Source: a virus
Lineage: Duplodnaviria > Caudoviricetes
Strand: one strand, 5' to 3'
DNA length: 43,538 bases
Virus record (IMG/VR): IMGVR_UViG_3300030450_003104
Coordinates: 1 to 43,538 of that record
Shown here piece by piece: positions 8,714 through 16,439 of the stretch. Below the pieces are notes generated by a model that was given only the letters and a program-made list of their open reading frames with translations, was not told where the DNA came from and searched no databases. Position numbers and translations under genes: made by a program. Numbering within the stretch: position 1 is the stretch's first letter; every line of letters begins with the position of its first letter.

Positions 8714-9523
8714 CTAAGCTGCTTTGTCAGCTGTCGTGCTCCGCAAGCTGTGGTCACCCTCACCGTTGTGCCGGCGTCGACTTAGCTGCTCCGCTGCAGT
8801 TTCAGCAGGGCTCGACAGCGGCGTGCCCGTGATCTCTGAAGCGTAGCGAAGCAACGCCATCTTATCCTTAGCCGTCAAAGAATCAAAAGCATTCTTTGCT
8901 GCCTCAAGGGTGCCTTCGCTCTCTAGTACACTTTTAACCTTTGACAGCCCTCTCGCGTCATCCTTGGCGACAAGAACCATGCCCTGCTTTCGAGCGGTGG
9001 TGTCGATAACCGAGCGCTGGTCACTCTCGTCAAGCGAACCGAGCGAACGCGCGACTGCGTCCACGGGGTTCTTCTCGTTGAAACTGGCCCGCTTTTCTGC
9101 GGCCTCCTTCTCAGCCTTCTTCTTCTGGCGCGAAGTGCGCTTGCGGGCGGCTTCACCCGACCGCAAATCCCCCAGCTGAAGGCGAGCCTCGTCGGTGTCC
9201 CCGAGTCGGCCCACCACCAGAAGGCGTCGAGCCGTTTCGTACGACCGGCCAGTGATGTTATCAGTGACCCAAGTTTTAAACGGAATCTTGGCTTGCTTCG
9301 CTACCTTTTCCGCTTCAGCCAACTGCAGCGCAGCCGACAAACGCATGTCGTTGGCGTCAGCCATCTTCGAATCGGCCTTGCCGAGGCGCACGTTAATGTC
9401 CTTTGCCAACGGGTTGAGCTTTTTATTGGCCGCAGCGATCTCAGCTTCGCGAGCCTTCTTGGCCTGCTGCGCTTTGGTTGCCTTCTTCGTGGCTGCCTTC
9501 TTTTTCGTTGCCTGTGTTGTCAT
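8714..9523 (-). CDS. Basic putative DNA-binding protein, DUF3102-like (paralog A)
   Basis: ALQLAEAEK..IPFKTWV....RSYETARRLL matches DUF3102-type pattern; K/A-rich N-terminus; CAGGAG RBS. Confidence 0.65.
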   Translation of the reverse strand: MTTQATKKKAATKKATKAQQAKKAREAEIAAANKKLNPLAKDINVRLGKADSKMADANDMRLSAALQLAEAEKVAKQAKIPFKTWVTDNITGRSYETARRLLVVGRLGDTDEARLQLGDLRSGEAARKRTSRQKKKAEKEAAEKRASFNEKNPVDAVARSLGSLDESDQRSVIDTTARKQGMVLVAKDDARGLSKVKSVLESEGTLEAAKNAFDSLTAKDKMALLRYASEITGTPLSSPAETAAEQLSRRRHNGEGDHSLRSTTADKAA

Positions 9524-9804
9524 CAGTTTATCTCCTGTGAGGGTGTGACGTCACACCGATTAGCGCGGAGGTAGTCCGCCGTCATTGGGTGCAAATCCAC
9601 CCGGTTCTGAATCATCCTGCAAGTGCGCAGGATGCTCTTGTTTCCGCCCTCGGCATTGGCCTCTTCGACCACGCGTCGAGCGAACTTCATCAGGGACCTC
9701 TTCAGTCGGCGCTGGTCAACCCATACGCCGTCGATAGCCATCTTCCACCCGCCAGCGGGGATGCGAGATATGGTAATGCCAGCGTTACTCATGGTACGGA
9801 TCAT
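9523..9804 (-). CDS. Hypothetical basic protein
   Basis: Likely start 9804 (GGGAG RBS) or 9792; stop overlaps next start. Confidence 0.6.
   Translation of the reverse strand: MIRTMSNAGITISRIPAGGWKMAIDGVWVDQRRLKRSLMKFARRVVEEANAEGGNKSILRTCRMIQNRVDLHPMTADYLRANRCDVTPSQEIN
9542..9557. repeat. 16-bp palindrome, perfect copy
   Basis: GGTGTGACGTCACACC immediately upstream of RBS of paralog A. Confidence 0.97.
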
Positions 9805-10276
9805 CAGTCTCTCCCGTGGTTTTCTTGCGCGTCGAGCTATGATACTGCGACGCGAAATCAAGCGCGTCCTCAATGTCATCGGAGTAGCGGTAATCAAAGA
9901 TGATCTCCTCTGGTGCATTCGAACTGTCAAAAAGACAGTATAGGATGCAAGTACTCTGCCCGCTTCGAATCAGTTTGTAGCCCACCACCCCATCGATGTC
10001 GTAAAGGTAGCCTATAAGCTCGTCTATCTTGTCCATGAAGCTTTTGGCTTTCGCGTGCCTGTACATGTCATCTTGTTCGAGGTAAAACTGCTTCACTTCT
10101 CCCTCTTCGTCGAAGGCAATTACTCTTTCGACGCGGTTCTGCTGCATCAGGTAGAGAAAAACCATCCTAAGATATTCGGCGGCGCTGTTCGTGTCGCGCA
10201 GCCACTCTTCCTTACGCGCGGCGAAATCGGCCCGAACCTTGTCCATCCGGTCTTCAATCGAGATCACGTCAGACAT
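9785..10276 (-). CDS. Hypothetical acidic protein
   Basis: Likely start MSDVIS at 10276; overlaps neighbours in operon fashion. Confidence 0.7.
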   Translation of the reverse strand: MSDVISIEDRMDKVRADFAARKEEWLRDTNSAAEYLRMVFLYLMQQNRVERVIAFDEEGEVKQFYLEQDDMYRHAKAKSFMDKIDELIGYLYDIDGVVGYKLIRSGQSTCILYCLFDSSNAPEEIIFDYRYSDDIEDALDFASQYHSSTRKKTTGETDDPYHE

Positions 10277-10589
10277 CGCCCAAGTCCTTGAACCGCACAT
10301 CCATATCGGCGGTTATCGTAGCGCCGCTGTCGATCAAACTTTGGCGGACCTTGTCACGGAGCGCTTTCAACCCCACAGTCGAGGGGCTGAGTAGAACGAT
10401 CTCCAAAATCTCTGGCAGCGCATCAGCGATCCGAGCGCACCTCTCCAGCTCGAAGGTAAGCCTCGCGCGGGTGGTTTCATCGACTTTGGGGTCTCCAAGT
10501 ACAGCCAACATCGGGTATATGAGCCCGCTCCACGTTGGCGTTACATCAATAAACTGCGTCTTGCCGTTAGGCTTTGAACTTGTTTTCAT
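10269..10589 (-). CDS. Hypothetical protein
   Basis: Likely start MKTSSK at 10589 with CAGGGGA RBS. Confidence 0.7.
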   Translation of the reverse strand: MKTSSKPNGKTQFIDVTPTWSGLIYPMLAVLGDPKVDETTRARLTFELERCARIADALPEILEIVLLSPSTVGLKALRDKVRQSLIDSGATITADMDVRFKDLGDV

Positions 10590-10616
10590 CGCGTTTCCCC
10601 TGCGGTGATGATTAGA

Positions 10617-10642
10617 CCTCAGGTGTGACGTCACACCTGAGG
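10617..10642. promoter_or_regulatory. Extended 26-bp perfect palindrome containing the 16-bp motif; operator-like
   Basis: CCTCAGGTGTGACGTCACACCTGAGG, just downstream of the predicted leftward promoter. Confidence 0.85.
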
Positions 10643-10666
10643 GCTCTTGGGTTTCCAAGAATGCGC

Positions 10667-10732
10667 AACGTCCGGCACTGGCTGCCTTGTGTCAAGCGCT
10701 GATTGACACAAGCGCCTCTAAAACCATAGGGT
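10667..10732. promoter_or_regulatory. Back-to-back divergent sigma70-type promoters
   Basis: CTTGTGTCAA-7bp-TTGACACAAG inverted repeat (10686-10712); + strand TTGACA-18-TAGGGT; - strand TTGACA-17-GACGTT. Confidence 0.7.
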
Positions 10733-10763
10733 CTTCGCTCGTTCTCATTTCAGGGGTTAGCTC

Positions 10764-12797
10764 ATGACACTCACAAGAAAGGCTGCTGTCGCTTACGCCA
10801 AGCGCGGCTGGTATGTCTTCCCTTGCCGGGCCGACAAGACGCCGTACACGGCTCATGGTGTGCTCGACTCAACTATAGACGCCGATCAGATTGACGCGTG
10901 GTGGGACGCTTGGCCTAATGCCAACGTGGCCATCGACACCGGCAAGTCGGGGCTCATGGTCCTCGACCTCGATCCCGGCTGGTCACAGAAGGAGCTTGAG
11001 CGCAACGTAGGTGCCCCCTTGTCAGGGTCCCCGCTCCACGCCAAGACGCCAAGAGGTGGCGAGCATCTGTTCTACCGCTTGCCCGAGGGTGAGATTGTAC
11101 CCCCCAGCGCGTCTAAGCTGGCCAAGCATGTGGATGTCAGGTCTCACAATTCATATGTGCTGGCGGCTCCATCGCGCACAAGGGACGGGGTGTACGAGTG
11201 GGCCGAAGGCAGCTGGGAGGATGGGCTCAGGGGTATCAAGGCGACGATGGCTGACGATGCTTACGTCAAGGCATGCAAGGGCAGCTTCCGGGAGAAGTCT
11301 GAGGACCACGACACTTGGATTATCGAGCCGGACATGCCCGAGAACGTCGACCTTGCATCTTACTGGCTGGCCAATGATGCACAGGTCGCGATCGAGGGCA
11401 GCGGCGGCGATGCCTTGGCTTACGCTACTGCAGCCCATCTCAAGAGCTACGGCATCAGCCCCGAGTTGGCGCTGGACCTGATATGGGAGCACTGGAACCC
11501 AAGGTGCAAGCCGCCTTGGATGGCGGGCGACCTCGATCACCTCGCATCGAAGATTTCCAATGCCTACCGGTACAATACGTCGCCGCCCGGCAACATCACG
11601 ACGGCTTACAAGGCTGCGGTGCATGCCAAGATGTTTTCGCCTGTAGCTCGCGACGATCTCCCCAACGGTCTTGGCGTAAACGCTGGGCGCTTCAGGTTCG
11701 TCGACGCAACAGGGCTCGGTAATGCCGAACCGCCTGAATGGTTGATTGAGGATTTCCTGATGGCTGACACACAGGCGCTGATGTTTGGAGCGCCGGGAAC
11801 ATTCAAGTCGTTTGTCGCCTTGGACATAGGGCTGACACTGGCCAACGGCGGATGTTGGGAATGGAGAGAGACGTGGAAGTCATCGCTGCCCGGCAAGGGC
11901 AGGGTTCTCTATGCTCTATCCGAGGGAAGGGCTCAACTCATCAACCGGATCCACGGCTGGATGAGACACCGTCAGGTCGAGCAAGCACCTGATGGGTTTC
12001 ACATCGCTGACCCCGTTCCCAACGTCGGCGAGGATATAGAGCCGTTCCTTCAGGGTGCGCTGGCGATGTCACCCGATGGCTATGATCTTGTCATCATAGA
12101 CACGGTAGGGCGCAGCATGCAGGGGCTGAACGAAAACGCTCAGGAGCATGCGTCAAAGTTTACCGCAATGGGCGACAGCATTCGCAACAGCCTTAAGGGT
12201 GCCACGGTGCTGGGTATTCACCACACGGGGCATGACAATCAGGACCGCACTAGAGGGTCAATGGTTTTTCAAGCCGACGCAGACACGATGGTGAGGGTGG
12301 ACAGGGACGATAAGGTTCTGGCTGTCAGTCTCACGATGACCAAGCAGAAAGATGCCGAAGAATGGCAGTCGTCGAGAATGCTGGAGATGGCAAAGATGGA
12401 GCTGGACCCGGAGACCGTGACGCTGGTGCCAACAACACCGGCCAAGGTCGAAGAGAGAACGGCCAAGCAGGACGCCAAGGGGCGCAAGCGCAATTCCCCG
12501 GAGGTCAACGCGGCGATGGACGACAGCGTTGATCAGGCTTTGCATGCGATTATGACAAGCCGCAAATCGACCACCTTTAACACCGCAACGGTAGCTCGCA
12601 TGCTGGCCGTCGAACCCGACATTCATTACGAAGAGACCACGTTGCGCATTAAAGTGCTGCCGAGATTGCGTTCCGACGCAACGCGGTGGGCGCACCTGCA
12701 TTATCACCCGGAGCCTAATTATTTTAAGTTTCAGGAGGGCGCACCGGGGGCCAAGGGTTCGGGCCGAAAAGGTCGGACGGTAGGCACAAGAGCGTGA
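10764..12797 (+). CDS. Bifunctional primase-polymerase fused to RecA-like AAA_25 helicase
   Basis: VFP..K.P, VLDLD, TPRGGEHLFY, DVR..SYV.AAPS; Walker A GAPGTFKS, LVIIDT, IHH. Confidence 0.92.
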   Translation: MTLTRKAAVAYAKRGWYVFPCRADKTPYTAHGVLDSTIDADQIDAWWDAWPNANVAIDTGKSGLMVLDLDPGWSQKELERNVGAPLSGSPLHAKTPRGGEHLFYRLPEGEIVPPSASKLAKHVDVRSHNSYVLAAPSRTRDGVYEWAEGSWEDGLRGIKATMADDAYVKACKGSFREKSEDHDTWIIEPDMPENVDLASYWLANDAQVAIEGSGGDALAYATAAHLKSYGISPELALDLIWEHWNPRCKPPWMAGDLDHLASKISNAYRYNTSPPGNITTAYKAAVHAKMFSPVARDDLPNGLGVNAGRFRFVDATGLGNAEPPEWLIEDFLMADTQALMFGAPGTFKSFVALDIGLTLANGGCWEWRETWKSSLPGKGRVLYALSEGRAQLINRIHGWMRHRQVEQAPDGFHIADPVPNVGEDIEPFLQGALAMSPDGYDLVIIDTVGRSMQGLNENAQEHASKFTAMGDSIRNSLKGATVLGIHHTGHDNQDRTRGSMVFQADADTMVRVDRDDKVLAVSLTMTKQKDAEEWQSSRMLEMAKMELDPETVTLVPTTPAKVEERTAKQDAKGRKRNSPEVNAAMDDSVDQALHAIMTSRKSTTFNTATVARMLAVEPDIHYEETTLRIKVLPRLRSDATRWAHLHYHPEPNYFKFQEGAPGAKGSGRKGRTVGTRA

Positions 12798-12821
12798 TTT
12801 TACGTTTGGAGCAATTGCAGG

Positions 12822-13012
12822 GTGTACCGGTGTACCAGTAGATGTGTACCAGTAGTGTACCAGTAGATGTGTACCAGTTAATTGTACCAGTAGCCGCCCT
12901 GTGAAGCGCAGAAACCCTAAGATTTCGGAAGTGGTACACTACTGGTACAAACGCAGACACTAGAGGGGGGAGTAGACTGTTAAAGTCTACCCCCCTTGTC
13001 TAGGCCGGTACA
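12822..13012. repeat. Iteron-like repeats and hairpin; probable replication origin
   Basis: Six direct TGTACC(A/G)GT copies 12822-12893, inverted copies 12933-12950 and 13005-13012, hairpin 12965-12995. Confidence 0.75.
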
Positions 13013-13057
13013 TCTTGCCTAGTGTATCTAGGGTTGTTTTGATTAAATGGCCGAAAC

Positions 13058-13091
13058 AAAAAAAACCCCCGAATGCTGATGCATCCGGGGG
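13058..13091 (-). terminator. Rho-independent terminator of early leftward operon
   Basis: CCCCCG.ATGC/GCAT.CGGGGG stem with T8 tail on - strand. Confidence 0.8.
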
Positions 13092-13120
13092 CCGGGTTCG
13101 GTGTTAGTCAAAGGTTGCGC

Positions 13121-13136
13121 GGTGTGACGTCACGCC
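13121..13136. repeat. 16-bp palindrome, one mismatch
   Basis: GGTGTGACGTCACGCC. Confidence 0.92.
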
Positions 13137-13145
13137 ACAGGTTGA

Positions 13146-13223
13146 TCAAGCAAGATGGTAAACGAATGCGAGCGCAAGAGTTGCAAGAGCAGCTGTTACT
13201 ATTTCAAGCCCGGTGATTTTCAT
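13146..13223 (-). CDS. 25-aa hydrophobic peptide
   Basis: MKITGLEIVTAALATLALAFVYHLA; ATGA overlap with upstream gene; GAGGG RBS. Confidence 0.6.
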   Translation of the reverse strand: MKITGLEIVTAALATLALAFVYHLA

Positions 13224-13993
13224 TGTTGTCCCTCTTTGCTGTTGAAGTGCTTGGCTCCGGGCCCATGGACCAGCACACCAATGCTCTTAGCCGTCTTGGC
13301 GGGATCGCAAAGCATGCAATCCTCGCACGTGATCCCGTCAACAGAGGTCGCAGGGCATAGGATTTCCTTACCTTTCACGAGCTCGTCGACGCTGGAAACG
13401 ACGCGGAAGGTGCGCCGTTCCATTTCCCAAGCTTCGTGTGCTTCGGCAATGGTGTCGACGCTGGCCATGCTGTCGGTTACGTCGCCGCGCCGCCATTGAT
13501 GGCTGTACGATGTGAAACCCTTGGCCGGGTTCGTGATGCGCTTGCGCATATGCGGCGGAAGCGCGGCGGGGTCACCGTACGCGCCCATTCGGACCTTCCA
13601 AGATGGGTTGACGGTTTGCGCAACCATATCTGGCTCAATTGCGGGGTATTTTTCCGCAAGCAATGAGCGGTAAACGGAAGTCGGCCCGTGGCCAAGGTTG
13701 ACGTAGCACGTTCTCTTTTCCGCTTTGTTTGTCTTGGGGTTGATTGTGGGGCGGTGACGGCAATCGCCACAGATGCCCACATCGGTGCCAGTGGCTACGG
13801 CATCAAGCGGGTGAATGTCCCGCTGCAGGATGTAAACTTGTGCCATCGCGCCCGTTTTAATGTTTGAGCGTTTCTTCGCCCGGGGCTTGATGAGTACGCC
13901 AACGATAGGCGAGCCATCGATCATTGATGGCCCGTGGTAAACCACGAAACCCGAAGGCTTCGCGGCGTTGCTGCGCATTGTGAGCTTGGTCAT
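13220..13993 (-). CDS. Conserved Cys-rich phage protein, possibly radical-SAM-related (DUF7227-like)
   Basis: N.KTG, ICGDC...CYV, RMGAYGDP, YSHQW, MASVD, RTFRV, CPA...CEDCMLC, VHG. Confidence 0.65.
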   Translation of the reverse strand: MTKLTMRSNAAKPSGFVVYHGPSMIDGSPIVGVLIKPRAKKRSNIKTGAMAQVYILQRDIHPLDAVATGTDVGICGDCRHRPTINPKTNKAEKRTCYVNLGHGPTSVYRSLLAEKYPAIEPDMVAQTVNPSWKVRMGAYGDPAALPPHMRKRITNPAKGFTSYSHQWRRGDVTDSMASVDTIAEAHEAWEMERRTFRVVSSVDELVKGKEILCPATSVDGITCEDCMLCDPAKTAKSIGVLVHGPGAKHFNSKEGQQ

Positions 13994-14099
13994 GTTCTCG
14001 TTTCCCTAGCAGTTCGAGCGTCGGCAATTTGCCGAAGCAATCGGCGCATCAGGCGCTCAAGCCGGTCTTGTGTCAATGCCAAATTGTCGGACGCGCCAC

Positions 14100-14115
14100 G
14101 GTGTGACGTCACACC
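14100..14115. repeat. 16-bp palindrome, perfect copy (extends to 18 bp)
   Basis: CGGTGTGACGTCACACCG; between terminator and a TTGACACAAG element (14076-14067, -). Confidence 0.97.
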
Positions 14116-14133
14116 GGGATCCAGACCGCAGGC

Positions 14134-14168
14134 AAAAAAAAGGGCGGACCACGACGGCCCGCCCTTTG
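14134..14168 (-). terminator. Rho-independent terminator after paralog B
   Basis: GGGCGG.CC/GG.CCGCCC stem with T8 tail on - strand. Confidence 0.8.
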
Positions 14169-14187
14169 TTGTAGAGCGCTGCTCGTG

Positions 14188-15000
14188 CTAGGCGGCGGCT
14201 TTCTTGGCCGCGCCCTTTCTCTTTTTTGTTGGCTTGCCGCCTAGGAAAACCGGGATATCGAGCGGATGGTTCTGGCTTTCGAACAAGGCGATAAACTCGC
14301 GCTGTGCGTTGTCACCCATGCGGGCAAAGGCCGACATGAGGTCCTGTGGCGACTTGGGTTGATCTGCGGCCGCCTTGCTTCGAAGTTCGGCCACTTCCTT
14401 TCGGAGCCTGTCCAGTTCGGTCATGGTCGACTTGTCCACCACCACTTGGTCATTTTCAGACGCCAGATCGCGGGCGAGGTCTGCTCTTGCGCTGTCGCTT
14501 AGCGACGCCATGAGACGCTCGCGGTCAGACCTTACGGCGTCTGCCGCTCGTTCTTCCCGCTTAAGGCTGGCCAGCGGATCGGTGGTGGCGGTTTGCTTGC
14601 TGCCGGGCGCGGCAGGCAATCGCCCGCGAAACTCCATCTGTCGCTGGCGGTCAGCCTGCCTTTTTTCGGTTAGCGCGGCCAGCGCGGCGGCGCGATCCGA
14701 ACGAGCCGCGATGCCGATCTTGATCCACGCCTTGATCGAGTTGTAGTTCCAGCCCGCATCGGCAGGCTGTTCGTCGCACCACGACTGAAACGAAACCTTC
14801 CTCGCTCTTGCTAGGTCTCGGGCTTCGGCGACGACAAGCGCGCGGTCAATCCGTGCTTCGTCGCTCGCGGTCTCGCCCGCTGTAATCTTGAGTGTGTGGG
14901 CCGCTATCTTGTTGGCTAGCGTGGTGAACTTTGCGACAGTCGTCTTGCTCTGCCCGGTCAACGCTGTTGTCGGGCGGCTGGTAGCTTTGTTCTTAGTCAT
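14188..15000 (-). CDS. Basic putative DNA-binding protein, DUF3102-like (paralog B)
   Basis: ALVVAEARD..VSFQSWC.....WNYNSIKAWIKIG aligns with paralog A; start MTKNK after TAGGGA; basic tail. Confidence 0.65.
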   Translation of the reverse strand: MTKNKATSRPTTALTGQSKTTVAKFTTLANKIAAHTLKITAGETASDEARIDRALVVAEARDLARARKVSFQSWCDEQPADAGWNYNSIKAWIKIGIAARSDRAAALAALTEKRQADRQRQMEFRGRLPAAPGSKQTATTDPLASLKREERAADAVRSDRERLMASLSDSARADLARDLASENDQVVVDKSTMTELDRLRKEVAELRSKAAADQPKSPQDLMSAFARMGDNAQREFIALFESQNHPLDIPVFLGGKPTKKRKGAAKKAAA

Positions 15001-15105
15001 CGAATGTTTCCCTAGTGTTTGAGCCAGCCTCATCGCTGGCACCCCTTAAGCCCGGCCCTCTTGCGAGGAACCGGGCTGTGAGTGGATGGTGAGCGGGTGA
15101 GCGGG

Positions 15106-15540
15106 TCAGTGGCGGATGTCCTCCCCTGTTTCGATTTTCCAGAATATTTCGCAGGCTCGGTGATGCCCCTTACTCGCCACGCACCGCTTGAAGGCGTCAA
15201 GCGTGATGTTCTGCCCTCGGAAGTCGTGCAACGTGGCATACACGGACCTGTCCGCGACTCTGTCGATTATCAGCAATTCATCCTCAATGCCCTGTTCGTA
15301 GAGATTTTCTGACACCCGGAGGTTTCTTGTCTCGAAGCGCCCACTCGTCCACTCTGCGTGGTCCTCAATCCACTGCTGCGCGAGATACTCCACATCCTCG
15401 CGTGTATAGCCGTCGACCGCTTCCTCGATCTGGAAGCCGTAGCTGTCGAATCGAGCCGCAAACCAGCAGCGCGGGGAGCGGTCATACCAGAGTTCGATCC
15501 GGTCGTGATTTTCAAAGGTGTGGTGGATGTGAATTGTCAT
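15106..15540 (-). CDS. Early hypothetical protein
   Basis: GAGGGG RBS; 4-nt overlap with upstream gene. Confidence 0.75.
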   Translation of the reverse strand: MTIHIHHTFENHDRIELWYDRSPRCWFAARFDSYGFQIEEAVDGYTREDVEYLAQQWIEDHAEWTSGRFETRNLRVSENLYEQGIEDELLIIDRVADRSVYATLHDFRGQNITLDAFKRCVASKGHHRACEIFWKIETGEDIRH

Positions 15541-15815
15541 TCGCTTGCCCCCTCTTTGCTGCCGAACACGCAGGCTGTGGCCTGTGTGTTGTCGGCCTTG
15601 GCCTTGGCCACGAGTTCCGCCAGATGCTGGCGCATGGTGTCAGACAAGAGTGTCATCCCGGTCTTGTCTTGGAGCGCCTGATAGCGCTCGAACGTGGTCC
15701 AGATCGGTGCGGTGCTGGCGCTGGCAGACGCACCGCCCGACCGGATCAGGTGCATCATTTCGCTGTGCCACTGGCACAGTTGCGTCGCGTCGCAGGTGTG
15801 GATCATGTCTTTCAT
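15537..15815 (-). CDS. First early hypothetical protein
   Basis: TAGGGA RBS; follows predicted promoter. Confidence 0.7.
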   Translation of the reverse strand: MKDMIHTCDATQLCQWHSEMMHLIRSGGASASASTAPIWTTFERYQALQDKTGMTLLSDTMRQHLAELVAKAKADNTQATACVFGSKEGASE

Positions 15816-15863
15816 TGGTTTGTTCCCTAGTGCTTGAGCCAGCGGCGGAATGCCGCCGGGACT

Positions 15864-15879
15864 GGTGTGACGTCACGCC
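15864..15879. promoter_or_regulatory. 16-bp palindrome, one mismatch; operator position
   Basis: GGTGTGACGTCACGCC, 9 bp downstream of predicted -10 box. Confidence 0.85.
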
Positions 15880-15888
15880 ACAAAAGCC

Positions 15889-15917
15889 GTCATACACCCA
15901 TCGGCCAGCCAGTGCAA
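15889..15917 (-). promoter_or_regulatory. Early leftward sigma70-type promoter
   Basis: TTGCAC, 17 bp, TATGAC. Confidence 0.6.
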
Positions 15918-15940
15918 GCCTTAGATTGTCGGACGTGACA

Positions 15941-16128
15941 CGGCTGGCACCGGCTGGCACTGGCTGGCACTGGCTGGCACTGGCTGGCACCGGCTGGCAC
16001 TGGCTGGCACCAGCTGGCCCCGGCTGGCCCCGGCTGGCCCCGGCTGGTGTGACGTCACACCCATTGGCCAGCGTCGGCCAGCGTCGGCCAGCGTCGGCCA
16101 GCGTCGGCCAGCGTCGGCCAGCGTCGGC
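15941..16128. repeat. Two 10-bp tandem arrays flanking a perfect 16-bp palindrome (16046-16061)
   Basis: Ten YGGCTGGCMC-type units plus a partial (15941-16047); five GCGTCGGCCA plus partials (16066-16128). Confidence 0.97.
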
Positions 16129-16283
16129 TGGCATGGGGGGGCTAAGCCAGACCCGGCTTCGGGGGGTGCCCCGCCCGCCCGCGCTGTAGTAGACCCAGAT
16201 CCACAAAGGATATTTTGGGAACCCCCCAAAAAAATAAAAAAAATGCCGGACGCATTTCTAGCAAACTAGGTTAATGACATTAT

Positions 16284-16313
16284 TTGACATAAGCCGAAAA
16301 AAAACCTTACATT
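16284..16313 (+). promoter_or_regulatory. Sigma70-type promoter for the packaging/structural arm
   Basis: TTGACA, 18 bp, TACATT; A-tracts upstream. Confidence 0.7.
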
Positions 16314-16439
16314 CTGCGCAAAGGAAGGCTGCATGTGGGTTCCCCTGCGCATTTGCGGCCAACCTTCGCGTTCCGGGGGCGCGAATCATAAGTACCCCCG
16401 GACTTTCTTAGCGTGCGGGGCAGTCACAGGGAATTTAAA

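Noticed and set aside
15941-16128. CRISPR array
   Set aside because: 10-bp units are directly adjacent, with no unique spacers and no cas operon
15545-16229. ORFs spanning the tandem arrays
   Set aside because: Open only because the repeats lack stops; 10-bp period gives low-complexity products in several frames
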